From Candidatus Omnitrophota bacterium (GTDB taxonomy: Bacteria; Omnitrophota; Gorgyraeia; Gorgyraeales; Gorgyraeaceae), in NCBI GenBank assembly GCA_042571405.1, contig JBHPHU010000004.1, positions 1-62,240 of the forward strand: a stretch of DNA of 62,240 nucleotides, written 5' to 3'. How positions within the stretch are numbered: position 1 is the stretch's first letter; every line of letters starts with the position of its first letter. A program made the translations under genes and the position numbers. Shown here one piece after another: positions 1-10,480 of the stretch. The notes under the pieces were generated by a model. It saw only the letters and a list, made by a program, of their open reading frames with translations. It had not been told where the DNA came from and searched no databases.

Positions 1-167
1 GGATAAGTCATTACAACCATCTGGCCTTTATAGGAGGGATCTGTGAGAATTTCCTGATAACCGGACATGCTGGTATTAAAGACTATTTCTCCGCGCCTCT
101 CGCCAATTGCGCCAAAAGAGATTCCTTTAAAAATCCTTCCATCTTCAAGAGCTATCTTTGCATTCAT
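1..167 (-). CDS. carA: carbamoyl-phosphate synthase small subunit, N-terminal fragment (runs off window)
   Basis: Absent from the ORF track because it is partial. Reverse translation from the ATG at 167-165 gives [56 protein letters not shown], the conserved CarA N-terminus. ATGA start/stop overlap with the upstream ORF. Confidence 0.85.
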   Translation of the reverse strand, partial: MNAKIALEDGRIFKGISFGAIGERRGEIVFNTSMSGYQEILTDPSYKGQMVVMTY

Positions 168-2755
168 CTGGATACTTTCTTCTTGCCTGAAAAACATATA
201 ACCTTCTGAGATACGACATCTGAGGCTATTTTTAAATCTCTATCGCCTATATCATAGACACTAATAACATTTTTGTACCTACCGGATCCCGGCAGTAGTT
301 CTATAAATAGATTCTTCTCTTTTGTGAACCATTCCCTGTTAAGCATAGCCTCTTTCTTTTCAGGAAAGAGCGCTATATAGAATATGTTTGTCTCCACCAG
401 GTCCTGGAAAAAATGTGTCCCAAAAGATAACTCAGGCATAAGATTTCCGGCTGAAAAGGCAACCTCTGTAAGCACTGCTATATTATTTATCTCTGCGAAT
501 TTTACAGGCACGCCTAAGGACGGGGTCGTAGTTCCCCACCTTCCAGGACCCATAAGAAGAACGGGTAGTTTTTCTCGATCCTTTATATCTCTATTTAAGT
601 TTCCCACTATACGGGCAATTTCATACTTGTCTGATAATATCAGCTCATTATACTTTTCTGGATCAACGCGTATAATCCTTTTTATATGCTGCGAGATGTT
701 ACCGCCCAAAAAATATCCATGTGATTCAAAAAGTATATCTTCTTTGTTTATATTATCAGGGATTTCAACCTTACGACTTACGCCCCATGTCTGCAAGGGC
801 CTGCATTGCAACAGGTTAATTTTAAATACATTATCCTTTGTAAAATTTACTGTAAATTCTATCTCAACAGGATAAGAATAACTCTCCTCAAGCGATTTTA
901 ATATTTGCTTAAAAGAATCTGCCAGGTTACTACCGCTAAACACCTTATCAAGTGTCAATATCCAGTATTCTTTGTCTTTCTTCCCTCTCTGGTCCATCAT
1001 GCGCATGGCTTCATAATCCTTTACTGCTACGCGGCCTATATCTATGTACGACTTTTCGCTTACAAGATCCGCAAAAGGAATGGTCTGAGAAATATTATTT
1101 TTTGTATTTATAACATCGACCTCGTGCTGTGAAAATTTTCTTAAATCATCTTTTTCCGCATATGGCCTCCTTAAAGGATCATCTAGCGGAACCATCCTGG
1201 GGTAATCTCCTTCAACGCGGTTTACTGCCCTTGTGCCAAGTCCAAATACCAGCCTTAACATCCCTGCCTTTGGATCCATGCTTTCATTCCACACATATGT
1301 ATTATGTGATACACCGACTCCTGCAAGATCAGGGAAGAAATAATGCTTGTGGTGAGCGCCTGAAACCCGCTGGACCAGGAGCGCCATCTGTTCATCTAGC
1401 TTGTCTAACCCTCTTTGTTTCCTATATGCAAGGGCGTCTTCGCTCATGGTGCTCGCATAAATCTTCTTTACAGCTTCAGCGAACTGTATGTATCTCTGCT
1501 CAGGCGTACCCTGATTCGCTAAAAATATACTTTCATATTTCCCGGCAAACGCGTTCCCAAATCCATCCTCCAAAAGAGAACTTGAGCGTATTATAATAGG
1601 AGACGACCCAAAGTATTCTATAATCTGCTGAAACTTCTCCATGATTTCCTCTGAAAACACCCCATAAAGTATTTTTTCTTTTAGAATCTTCGCAATCTTA
1701 AAATACCCCTCTTCTGTCTTTTGCTGCATTCGTAATTTCCATAACCGATTTTCTACTATGTATGAATAAAATATATCAGAGCCTACATAAAATGAATCGT
1801 GCGGCTCAGAGAGCTTTTGCCAATCAAAGGATTTATTTTTTGACAAAATCTTTCTTGCCAAAAGCATGCCTGCTGTTTTCCCTCCTATAAAACCCGTTCC
1901 AGTCAATCTGGATTTTATATCTATAAGCTCTTCGAGTGAAAAATTTCGCATAGCCAGGGTAAGGACTTTTTTGTGTTTTGTTACCATTATACTACAGAGC
2001 TTATTGATGGTTTTTTTGATCTTCTCCCTCGACGTCTTGTTTTTCAGCAGTTCCTCTGCCTCGAGAAATAAACGATCCCAGTAATCGAGATTTCTCTTTG
2101 CGCCTTCAGCCCCTTTCTCGCGAATATGCGAGAGCATATTTACGGCATTAACACTGTCTGTAATAGGCGCGCACAACTCACCTTTTCTTTGGTGAGGAAG
2201 AAACATTGTCGGCGAATACCTGTTCCATACTTTCAGAGGGTGGATATAGGTACTACCTTCGCAGTGGTATACATCCATCAAGAGCTGTGTTGTTTCGCGT
2301 ATCTTGGCTATAGACTTAAAAGAATGGTTATTGCGCAATATTGAAAAATAGGTAAGGGTCTTGAGCTCATAGAGATAAGGACATGTAACCATGAAAAAGT
2401 TTCCTATCATAAGATCACTTGCCCATGCGGAAAGAAGCTCTGAAAGACAATCAAACACATAATACGCGCCTTCTCCTGCTTCTGTAATAATATTATTGAC
2501 CTTTGTGGTAAAAGACTCGAATCCGGCATAGGCATTGAGTTCATATCGCTTAATTTCTTTTGATGGCTTGAGAAGCTCTTTGTGTGAAGCAAATCTCACA
2601 TATATGACCTTCTTGTTATCTTTTAGCGACTGATGCACAAAAGGCTTTACAAGATCAAGATAATCCTTTATATCATCTATCTGCCAGACTACATTATCCC
2701 CTGCCCTCAAACCTGTAATTACATTATCTAAACCTTTTATTCCTGTGCTGATCAT
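164..2755 (-). CDS. PEP/pyruvate-binding domain protein (pyruvate,water dikinase-related) with degenerate KaiC/RecA-like N-terminal domain
   Basis: 873-aa ORF. I prefer the ATG at 2755 ([12 protein letters not shown] upstream) over the TTG at 2785, which lies inside a palindrome. PPDK_N-type motifs [11 protein letters not shown] and [20 protein letters not shown]. The N-terminal [17 protein letters not shown] resembles KaiC-like proteins but has no GxxGxGK[ST]. Confidence 0.7.
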   Translation of the reverse strand: MISTGIKGLDNVITGLRAGDNVVWQIDDIKDYLDLVKPFVHQSLKDNKKVIYVRFASHKELLKPSKEIKRYELNAYAGFESFTTKVNNIITEAGEGAYYVFDCLSELLSAWASDLMIGNFFMVTCPYLYELKTLTYFSILRNNHSFKSIAKIRETTQLLMDVYHCEGSTYIHPLKVWNRYSPTMFLPHQRKGELCAPITDSVNAVNMLSHIREKGAEGAKRNLDYWDRLFLEAEELLKNKTSREKIKKTINKLCSIMVTKHKKVLTLAMRNFSLEELIDIKSRLTGTGFIGGKTAGMLLARKILSKNKSFDWQKLSEPHDSFYVGSDIFYSYIVENRLWKLRMQQKTEEGYFKIAKILKEKILYGVFSEEIMEKFQQIIEYFGSSPIIIRSSSLLEDGFGNAFAGKYESIFLANQGTPEQRYIQFAEAVKKIYASTMSEDALAYRKQRGLDKLDEQMALLVQRVSGAHHKHYFFPDLAGVGVSHNTYVWNESMDPKAGMLRLVFGLGTRAVNRVEGDYPRMVPLDDPLRRPYAEKDDLRKFSQHEVDVINTKNNISQTIPFADLVSEKSYIDIGRVAVKDYEAMRMMDQRGKKDKEYWILTLDKVFSGSNLADSFKQILKSLEESYSYPVEIEFTVNFTKDNVFKINLLQCRPLQTWGVSRKVEIPDNINKEDILFESHGYFLGGNISQHIKRIIRVDPEKYNELILSDKYEIARIVGNLNRDIKDREKLPVLLMGPGRWGTTTPSLGVPVKFAEINNIAVLTEVAFSAGNLMPELSFGTHFFQDLVETNIFYIALFPEKKEAMLNREWFTKEKNLFIELLPGSGRYKNVISVYDIGDRDLKIASDVVSQKVICFSGKKKVSR

Positions 2756-2781
2756 ATAGATTAGCTCCACTCTGGACCCGA

Positions 2782-2821
2782 CCAACCTCGTAGGTTGCCG
2801 TACGGCAACCTACGAGGTTGG
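2782..2821. repeat. 40-bp perfect GC-rich palindrome between gltD and the PEP-binding gene
   Basis: ccaacctcgtaggttgccgt/acggcaacctacgaggttgg is its own reverse complement. It covers the last codons and stop of gltD. Confidence 0.9.
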
Positions 2822-4201
2822 CAAGGTAACCCCCATCAGGTATTTATCAATACTCTTTGCGCAGTTTCGACCTTCTGAAATAGCCCATACCACTAGCGAC
2901 TGACCGCGCCTCATATCTCCTGCTGAAAAAACTTTGTCAACTGATGTCATATAATCTTTGTTTGTCTCTACATTACCTTTTTTGTCCAATCGAACACCTA
3001 GATCTGTAATTAATCCTTTTTTCTCGGGATGTACAAAACCTGCGGCAAGGATTACCAGATCTGCTTCTATTTCTATTTTCTTTCCATCCTGTATACATAA
3101 AAGTTTCTTAACCTTGCCGCCTTTTCCAATGAATCTTTCAGTATTTACTGACCAGTGTCGCTCGCATCCTTCTTCATGTGAGCTCGAAGTTTTTAGAAGA
3201 CTCGGGTATCCAGGCCATCTCATTTCTTTGGTTCTTTCCAGAGGGGGTCTGGGTAAAACCTCTATCTGCGTAACACTCTTGGCCCCTTGTCTGCAAGCAG
3301 TACCCACGCAATCAGACCCTGTATCCCCGCCGCCAATTACTATAACACGCTTATTTTTTGCATCAACAAGTTTATTATTCTGAATTTTTACTCCTGAAAC
3401 TCTTTTATTTGACTGTACAAGATAATCCATGGCAAAATATATACCTTCCAGTTCCCTTCCTTTTATCTTAAGGTCTCTAGGAACACGGGAACCACCTGCT
3501 AAGCACACTGCATCAAACTCTGTTAAAAGCCCCTTAGCTGGATAACCTGGCCCCACATCTATACCTGTCTTAAAAACGATGCCTTCCTTCTTCCATATAT
3601 TAATACGTCTGTCTATAAGATGTTTTTCGAGTTTAAAATCTGGAATGCCATAACGCAGTATCCCGCCTGGTTTATCATCGCGTTCAAAGACAGTTATGTT
3701 ATGGCCGGCTCTATTAAGCTGTGCTGCGCAGGATAGGCCTGCCGGACCTGAACCTATAACAGCTATTCTTTTACCTGTCCTTTTTTTTATCGGTCTTGGT
3801 TTAATCAGACCTTTATTAAAACCGAATTCTACAACTGCAAGTTCATTGTCACGGATAGCCACAGCGTCATTATTTAAACCCAACACGCATGCATATTCGC
3901 ATAATGCAGGACATACCCTGCCTGTTATCTCTGGAATATTATTTGTAGCTTCCAGTAACACAAGAGCTCTTTTCCAGTTACCATGAAACATGTAATCATT
4001 CCATTCCGGGATATAGTTTCCTATAGGGCAAGCCCAATGACAAAAAGGTGTTGCGCAGTCCATGCAACGAGAAGCCTGTTCCTGCGACTCTTTCTCATTG
4101 TGCAATCGAGAAACTGCTTTAAAATCTTTGATACGCTCGCAGATATTTCTCTCTTTCCCGTTTTGCCGCGCAATTTTTAAAAAACCTCTTAAATCACCCA
4201 T
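2810..4201 (-). CDS. gltD: glutamate synthase (NADPH) small subunit
   Basis: 463 aa. N-terminal Cys cluster (CMDCATPFCHWACP), FAD/NAD Rossmann motifs (IAVIGSGPAGL, VIVIGGGDTGSD). 8-nt overlap with gltB. Confidence 0.9.
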   Translation of the reverse strand: MGDLRGFLKIARQNGKERNICERIKDFKAVSRLHNEKESQEQASRCMDCATPFCHWACPIGNYIPEWNDYMFHGNWKRALVLLEATNNIPEITGRVCPALCEYACVLGLNNDAVAIRDNELAVVEFGFNKGLIKPRPIKKRTGKRIAVIGSGPAGLSCAAQLNRAGHNITVFERDDKPGGILRYGIPDFKLEKHLIDRRINIWKKEGIVFKTGIDVGPGYPAKGLLTEFDAVCLAGGSRVPRDLKIKGRELEGIYFAMDYLVQSNKRVSGVKIQNNKLVDAKNKRVIVIGGGDTGSDCVGTACRQGAKSVTQIEVLPRPPLERTKEMRWPGYPSLLKTSSSHEEGCERHWSVNTERFIGKGGKVKKLLCIQDGKKIEIEADLVILAAGFVHPEKKGLITDLGVRLDKKGNVETNKDYMTSVDKVFSAGDMRRGQSLVVWAISEGRNCAKSIDKYLMGVTLPTS

Positions 4202-7200
4202 CAGATTCCTCTGTTAAATCCAGCTTTGCTTCTATCTTTATACCTTCCAGTATGCGTTTATATTCTATAGGTATGACCCTTACGAACTTTTTCAACTCCT
4301 CGTGCATGTTATCCATGATCTTTCTTGCTTTATTGCTTCTTGTATACTTGAAATGATTATGCAGCAAATGATATATCGTATCTTTGTCTTCTTCTTTGGT
4401 CTCTTCCAACTCAACCATATCCATATTGCAATTCTTTTTGAAGGTCTTGTCTTCATCATACACATATGCTATTCCGCCTGACATACCAGCTGCAAAATTC
4501 TTTCCTGTCCTGCCCAGGACAACTACCCTCCCGCCTGTCATATATTCACAGCCATGATCGCCGACACCTTCTACAACAGCATAAAGCCCGGAATTTCTTA
4601 TGCAGAATCTTTCTCCTGCCACTCCCCTGATATAGGCCTCACCTGATATGGCGCCATAAAAAGTAGTATTACCTATTATTATATTTTTATCAGGACTATA
4701 ACTCGCCCTTTTATCAGGATATATTATAATCTTTCCGCCTGAGATGCCTTTTCCTACATAGTCATTGGACATCCCTTCCAGTTCAAATGTAATGCCTTTT
4801 GTGAGCCATGCACCAAAACTTTGGCCTGCAATGCCCGTAAACTTACAATTAATAGTATCTTCTAAAAGCACTCCGTCTCCGCATCTTCTTAAAACTTCTC
4901 CGCTTAACATAACGCCTGTAGCCCTGTTTGTATTATTAATTTTTAATGCAATGCTAACCGGCTTGTTCTCCTCAAGGGCTTCCTTACACATGTCTATAAG
5001 AGTTTTATCGAGAACAGAATCAAGTTTACTGTTTTGCCTGGATTTATAGTATCGTCCGATATTCTCAGGAAGATCCGGCCTATAGAGGATCTTAGAATAA
5101 TCTATCCCTTTTGCTTTTAAAGGAACGATTTCTTTTTTGACACTAAGAAAATCTACCCTCCCTATCATCTCGTTAATAGTTTTTATGCCAAGTCCCGCCA
5201 TTATCTCGCGGAGTTCCTGGGCTACAAAATGAAAATAATTAACTATATATTCAGGTCTGCCTCTAAACTTCTTCTGTAAAATATTGTCCTGTGTGGCCAC
5301 ACCAACCGAACAGTTATTCAGATGACAATGCCTTAGCATAACGCAACCCATTACAACAAGCACAGCTGTACAAAAACCAAACTCCTCAGCCCCTAATAAA
5401 GCTGCTATCGCAATATCACGTCCTGTACGCATCTGTCCATCAGTTTGTATGCGGACCCTGGAACGCAAATTATTAAGCACAAGTGTCTGGTGTGTCTCGG
5501 AAAGACCTAACTCCCACGGAAGTCCGGCATATCTTATTGAACTCCTAGGAGAAGCGCCTGACCCTCCATCTCCGCCCGAGATAAGGATCATATCAGCATG
5601 ACCTTTTGCAACGCCTGCCGCAACAGTCCCGACACCTATCTCTGATACCAGTTTTACGCTTATACGCGCGCTAGGATTAGCATTTTTCAAATCAAATATA
5701 AGCTGCGCAAGATCCTCTATAGAATATATATCATGATGCGGCGGCGGCGATATTAAAGTAACCCCGGGTGTTGTATATCTAGTCCGCGCGATTAGTTCAC
5801 TTACCTTGTGCCCTGGCAATTGCCCTCCCTCACCAGGTTTTGCTCCCTGTGCTATTTTTATCTGTATCTCATCTGCATTGACAAGATAGTTTATGGTAAC
5901 CCCGAATCTTCCGGAAGCCACCTGTTTGATAGCGCTGCGCCTGGAGTCTCCGTTAGGCAGAGTTATAAATCGATTAGGGTCTTCTCCTCCCTCTCCGGTA
6001 TTAGACTTACCGCCAATTCTATTCATGGCAATAGCGATTGTCTCATGCGCAGGGGATGAAATAGAACCAAAGCTCATGGCGCCTGTTGCAAAACGTTTCA
6101 TAATATTCTCGGCGCTCTCAACCTCATCAATAGAGATCGGTTCTTTTTTCTTAAACTCAAAAAGGCTCCTTAAAGTCGTTGGGTTGGTTGACTGATCATT
6201 TATAAGTTTCGCAAATTCTTTATATTGACCATAGTCATTATCCCGGGTAGCATCTTGCAAACTAGCTATACTCTGAGGATTCCAGAGATGGAATTCTCCA
6301 TCCTTTTTCCATTGGTAGACTCCGCCACTTGTTAAATAAGGGTCCTCTATATCTCTTTCCGGATAACTAGCCTCGTGTCTTTCTATAGTCTCGTCTGCTA
6401 TTCCCTCCAGGCCAACTCCCCCTATTCGCGACACAGTACCTGTAAAATATCTATCTACAAGTCCGTTATCTAAACCCAATGCCTCGAAAATCTGCGCGCC
6501 GCGGTAACTTCTAAGAGTAGATATCCCCATCTTCGATAGGATTTTCAATATACCATCTCGCAATGCTTTATTATAATTCTCAAGCGCTTTTTTAAGGTCC
6601 AAATGGATCTCTTTTTCTTTTATAAGATATTCTATTGTTTCATGCGCGAGATAGGGGTTTATGCAACCTGCTCCATAACCGAAAAGTAAGGCAAAATGAT
6701 GCACTTCTCTTGGTTCTGCGCTTTCAACTATTATCGCAACCTGCGAACGTATAGTCTTTCTTACAAGGTGTTGATGAACGGCACTTGTAGCTAAAAGTGC
6801 GGGGAGCGCAATATTGTCTTTAGACGCTCCGCGATCGCTCAAAATTATAAAAGCATATCCTTTTTTAATGGCATATTCCGCCTCGAAACAGATCCTATCA
6901 AGCGAGCGCACAAAACCTTCTTTACCGCTTTGCGCGTCAAAAAAGGTGTAGATCGTCTTTGTTTTAAAACTATTTATGCTGATGTCGCGGATTTTTTCAA
7001 GCTCTGCATTTGTCAATATGGGGTTTTTTACTCTAAGCTTATGACTATGTTCAGGACTCTCTTCCAGGACATTCTTCTCAGGTCCTATAAAGCTTTCGAG
7101 GCTCATCACAAGTTTCTCCCTGATAGAATCTATGGCTGGATTAGTCACCTGCGCAAAAAGCTGCCTGAAATAACTATATAAAATCTGTGGCTTTTTTGAT

Positions 7201-8717
7201 AAAAAGGCGTAAGGGGTATCATTGCCCATAGAACCTACAGGTTCTTTTCCATCTTCTGCCATAGGCTTTATGATCATCTTAAGATCTTCCCGCGAGTAAC
7301 CAAAGGCCTTAAGATTAGAAATCAGATCTTCTGATTTCTGATTGCTGCCTCCGCTACTGATAAGACCGTCAAGATCAACTATATTTTCGGCATTCCATTT
7401 TCCATAGGAAGAGCGGTTGGATACAGTTTCTTTTACCTGAGAATCATGTACTATAGAGCCTTTTTCAATATCAACAAAAAAGATTTTGCCGGGTTCAATC
7501 CTACCTGAGACCTTGATGTCCGCGGGCTCTATATCAAGGACTCCTACTTCAGATGCCATTACCACAAAATCATTTTTAGTTACAATGTAACGAGCCGGCC
7601 TCAAACCGTTTCTGTCAAGAATCGCTCCTATATTTTTCCCGTCCGTAAATGCTATAGCGGCCGGTCCGTCCCACGGCTCCATGAAACAGGCATGATATTT
7701 GTAAAAATCTTTTAGATCTTTTTTCATTAACTTATCGTGTTCCCATGCTTCAGGAATAAGCATCATCATAGCATGCTCGAGAGATCTGCCTGAGAGCGCT
7801 AAAAGCTCGAAGAAATTATCTATTGCCGCTGAATCACTTCCTCCCTCGACAATAACTGGTTTAAGCTTTTCAATATCTGTGCCGAATAATTCACTTGCCA
7901 ACAGCCTCTCTCTTGCGCTTACCCAGTTTATATTACCGCGCAGTGTATTGATCTCTCCGTTATGGGCTAAAAATCTAAAAGGCTGCGCCAAATCCCACGT
8001 AGGAAAGGTATTAGTGCTATAACGCGAATGCACTAAACATAAAGCGCTCTTTATAGCTTCATCTTTCAGATCAAGGAAAAAATTCTCCAGCTGACTGGGC
8101 ATAAGTAACCCCTTGTAAGAAAACGTACGACTGGAGATATTAGTAATATAAAATGAGCTTTTCTCCTTTAAACTAGAATCATGAATAACGCGTTCTACTT
8201 GCTTTCTTATGACATAAAGTCTTCTTTCGAAATCCAGCCCTTCGACTCCAGACCTGCCAATGAAAATCTGCGCAAAAACAGGTTTGGCATCCTTAGCAGT
8301 CTTCCCTAAATCAGCGTCATTGACAGGAACATCCCGCCATCCTAAAAAAATCTGACCGTGTTCTTTTATAACCCGCTCGAATGTCTCCCTGCAGAATTCT
8401 CTCTCCTTATCATCTCGAGGTAAAAATATCAGCCCAGTGCCATATGAACCCAATGAAGGCAACTCAATTTTGCGCTCTCTGGCAACCTTAATAAAAAATT
8501 CATGAGGCATCTGAATCAAGATCCCTGCGCCATCTCCGGTCTTTGGATCCGCGCCTACTGCGCCGCGATGTGATAAACGACACAACACCTCTATGCCCTG
8601 CTTGAGAATAGTGTTAGATCTTTCTCCTTTAATATTACAGACAAACCCCACCCCGCAGGAATCCTTCTCAAACTTGGGGTCATAAAGTCCTTGTTTTTCA
8701 GGAAATTGCCCAAACAT
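4194..8717 (-). CDS. gltB: glutamate synthase large subunit
   Basis: 1507 aa. N-terminal amidotransferase CGVGF, FMN/3Fe-4S central domain, C-terminal GXGXG beta-helix region. Confidence 0.95.
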   Translation of the reverse strand: MFGQFPEKQGLYDPKFEKDSCGVGFVCNIKGERSNTILKQGIEVLCRLSHRGAVGADPKTGDGAGILIQMPHEFFIKVARERKIELPSLGSYGTGLIFLPRDDKEREFCRETFERVIKEHGQIFLGWRDVPVNDADLGKTAKDAKPVFAQIFIGRSGVEGLDFERRLYVIRKQVERVIHDSSLKEKSSFYITNISSRTFSYKGLLMPSQLENFFLDLKDEAIKSALCLVHSRYSTNTFPTWDLAQPFRFLAHNGEINTLRGNINWVSARERLLASELFGTDIEKLKPVIVEGGSDSAAIDNFFELLALSGRSLEHAMMMLIPEAWEHDKLMKKDLKDFYKYHACFMEPWDGPAAIAFTDGKNIGAILDRNGLRPARYIVTKNDFVVMASEVGVLDIEPADIKVSGRIEPGKIFFVDIEKGSIVHDSQVKETVSNRSSYGKWNAENIVDLDGLISSGGSNQKSEDLISNLKAFGYSREDLKMIIKPMAEDGKEPVGSMGNDTPYAFLSKKPQILYSYFRQLFAQVTNPAIDSIREKLVMSLESFIGPEKNVLEESPEHSHKLRVKNPILTNAELEKIRDISINSFKTKTIYTFFDAQSGKEGFVRSLDRICFEAEYAIKKGYAFIILSDRGASKDNIALPALLATSAVHQHLVRKTIRSQVAIIVESAEPREVHHFALLFGYGAGCINPYLAHETIEYLIKEKEIHLDLKKALENYNKALRDGILKILSKMGISTLRSYRGAQIFEALGLDNGLVDRYFTGTVSRIGGVGLEGIADETIERHEASYPERDIEDPYLTSGGVYQWKKDGEFHLWNPQSIASLQDATRDNDYGQYKEFAKLINDQSTNPTTLRSLFEFKKKEPISIDEVESAENIMKRFATGAMSFGSISSPAHETIAIAMNRIGGKSNTGEGGEDPNRFITLPNGDSRRSAIKQVASGRFGVTINYLVNADEIQIKIAQGAKPGEGGQLPGHKVSELIARTRYTTPGVTLISPPPHHDIYSIEDLAQLIFDLKNANPSARISVKLVSEIGVGTVAAGVAKGHADMILISGGDGGSGASPRSSIRYAGLPWELGLSETHQTLVLNNLRSRVRIQTDGQMRTGRDIAIAALLGAEEFGFCTAVLVVMGCVMLRHCHLNNCSVGVATQDNILQKKFRGRPEYIVNYFHFVAQELREIMAGLGIKTINEMIGRVDFLSVKKEIVPLKAKGIDYSKILYRPDLPENIGRYYKSRQNSKLDSVLDKTLIDMCKEALEENKPVSIALKINNTNRATGVMLSGEVLRRCGDGVLLEDTINCKFTGIAGQSFGAWLTKGITFELEGMSNDYVGKGISGGKIIIYPDKRASYSPDKNIIIGNTTFYGAISGEAYIRGVAGERFCIRNSGLYAVVEGVGDHGCEYMTGGRVVVLGRTGKNFAAGMSGGIAYVYDEDKTFKKNCNMDMVELEETKEEDKDTIYHLLHNHFKYTRSNKARKIMDNMHEELKKFVRVIPIEYKRILEGIKIEAKLDLTEESDG

Positions 8718-8750
8718 TAGTCACTCACCCCTAAAAAAATCTCTGGAATA

Positions 8751-8951
8751 TTAATGTTTCCACCTATTGACTTCGATGCCTAATTTCCTTATTTTGCTTC
8801 TTAAGGTATTACGATTGATACCTAATAATTCTGCGGCCTTTATTTGATTGCCAAAAGTCCGTTCCAGGGTTTCCTCAATTAGAGGTTTCTCTGCTGCTTC
8901 TATGACAGTGTGATAAAACCCTGGTTTTTTCGGACAATCAGTATATCTCAT
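8751..8951 (-). CDS. stand-alone Fis-type helix-turn-helix DNA-binding protein
   Basis: 66 aa. [33 protein letters not shown] matches the Fis/NtrC C-terminal HTH. No receiver or AAA+ domain. Confidence 0.7.
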   Translation of the reverse strand: MRYTDCPKKPGFYHTVIEAAEKPLIEETLERTFGNQIKAAELLGINRNTLRSKIRKLGIEVNRWKH

Positions 8952-8966
8952 TACAAGTTACCTACA

Positions 8967-10298
8967 CTATAAAACAGAAAGATATTTATCAAGTTCATAC
9001 TGCGGAACTTGAATCTTATAATCATCCCATTCTTTTTTCTTTATCTCGATAAATCTTGAGAAAATATGCTCGCCCAGTGTCTTTTTTACAAGGGCGCTCT
9101 CTTCGGTCATGGCAATTGCGTGGCCAAGACTGTCAGGCAAGGTCTCAATACCTTTTTCTTTTCTTTCAGCATCACTTAAATGATAAAGATTCTGCTCCAT
9201 TGGCTTAGGTATCTTGTATCCCTTTTCTATCCCATCTAATCCTGCCTGGAGCATGGCTGCGAACGTAAGATATGGGTTACATGCCGGATCACATGCCCTG
9301 AATTCACATCGAGTCGCCTTTTCCTGACCTGGATGATAAAGTGGTACTCTTACCAGCGCTGAGCGGTTTCTACGGCTCCACGCTATATATACAGGCGCCT
9401 CATACCCGGGCACTAACCTTTTATACGAGTTTGTGGTCTGCGCAAATATAGAGCATATCTCCTTTGCATGTTTTAAAAGACCTGCTATATATTTACGGGC
9501 AGTATCTGAAAGATAATCTTTTGCCTTTGCATCAAAGAATGCATTCTTGCTTCCTTTAAATAAAGATTGATGCGTATGCATTCCTGAACCATTCTGGCCA
9601 AAAATAGGCTTTGGCATAAATGTAGCGTACACGCCAAACTTGCTTGCAATCTCTTTTACAGCAACTCTGTAAGTTATTACATTATCTGCCATTTCCAGAG
9701 CGTCTTTATAGCGCATATCAACTTCGTGTTGTGAAGGCGCTACTTCATGATGAGAATATTCTATATCTATGCCTAATTTCTCAAGAGCAAATACGGTTTC
9801 TCGTCTAAGATCACTTGCAACATCAAGTGTCGTAAGGTCAAAATACCCTCCCTTATCGAGCGTTTCTGTGCCCTCATCTGTCTTAAAATAGAAATACTCC
9901 AACTCTGGCCCTAAATAGAAGTGATCAAAACCCATGTTTTTTGCTCTTTTGAGCGCTTTCTTTAATACATAACGCGGGTCACCTTCATAAGGCTTTTTGT
10001 CAGGTGTTAATATATCGCATATCATTCTTGCAACAGCCTTCTCGCTCGGCCTCCACGGAAGAATTACAAATGTATCTGGATCAGGCATGGCGATCATATC
10101 AGACTCTTCTATATCCTGATAACCTGTTATGGAAGAACCATCGAATCCCATACCGTTTTCAAGAGCATTTTTCAACTCCTTGTCTGTAATCGAAAAACTC
10201 TTTACCTGGCCTAACATATCAGTAAACCACAGGCGTATGAATTTTACGTCATTCTCCTTTGCTAACTTCAAAATATCCTGCTTTGTATTCTTTGCCAT
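8967..10298 (-). CDS. glnA: glutamine synthetase type I (443 aa, GSI-alpha-like), copy 1
   Basis: GS beta-grasp and catalytic motifs (FDGSSI, GPELEYFYF, HHEVAPSQHE, NGSGMHTHQS). AGGAGG RBS at 10304-10309. Confidence 0.95.
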   Translation of the reverse strand: MAKNTKQDILKLAKENDVKFIRLWFTDMLGQVKSFSITDKELKNALENGMGFDGSSITGYQDIEESDMIAMPDPDTFVILPWRPSEKAVARMICDILTPDKKPYEGDPRYVLKKALKRAKNMGFDHFYLGPELEYFYFKTDEGTETLDKGGYFDLTTLDVASDLRRETVFALEKLGIDIEYSHHEVAPSQHEVDMRYKDALEMADNVITYRVAVKEIASKFGVYATFMPKPIFGQNGSGMHTHQSLFKGSKNAFFDAKAKDYLSDTARKYIAGLLKHAKEICSIFAQTTNSYKRLVPGYEAPVYIAWSRRNRSALVRVPLYHPGQEKATRCEFRACDPACNPYLTFAAMLQAGLDGIEKGYKIPKPMEQNLYHLSDAERKEKGIETLPDSLGHAIAMTEESALVKKTLGEHIFSRFIEIKKKEWDDYKIQVPQYELDKYLSVL

Positions 10299-10328
10299 TT
10301 TGCTCCTCCTTTTCTTTTTTGCCCTTAA

Positions 10329-10375
10329 AAAACAAGGGTGTTCTAGCCTTTTTTGGCTTAAAACACCCTTGTTTT
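10329..10375 (-). terminator. terminator-like hairpin in the PII-glnA spacer
   Basis: Stem aacaagggtgtt/aacacccttgtt with a nested agcc-aaaaaa-ggct hairpin. Followed on the minus strand by TTTTTTAAG, 30 nt before the glnA RBS. Confidence 0.5.
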
Positions 10376-10386
10376 AATATGCCATC

Positions 10387-10425
10387 TGCACAAACTTTGT
10401 GCCATGCTGGTTACAATACCAGCAT
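10387..10425 (-). promoter_or_regulatory. two abutting palindromic operator-like sites upstream of glnA copy 1
   Basis: TGCACAA-N3-TTGTGCC (10387-10403), which has the 17-bp NtrC-box geometry, is followed by ATGCTGGT-N6-ACCAGCAT (10404-10425). On the minus strand this also reads TGGCAC-N5-TTGTG, an imperfect sigma54 -24/-12. Confidence 0.4.
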
Positions 10426-10480
10426 CTCTACTATATATAAGTAAAAAATCGCTGCTCATGGTAACCTAATTTTTTAACTT

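Noticed and set aside
10387-10404. sigma54 promoter for glnA copy 1 (TGGCAC-N5-TTGTG)
   Set aside because: The -12 element has GT instead of the near-invariant GC; a GC occurs only at non-canonical N12 spacing. The sequence is better described as a 17-bp dyad. I kept it only as a low-confidence alternative.
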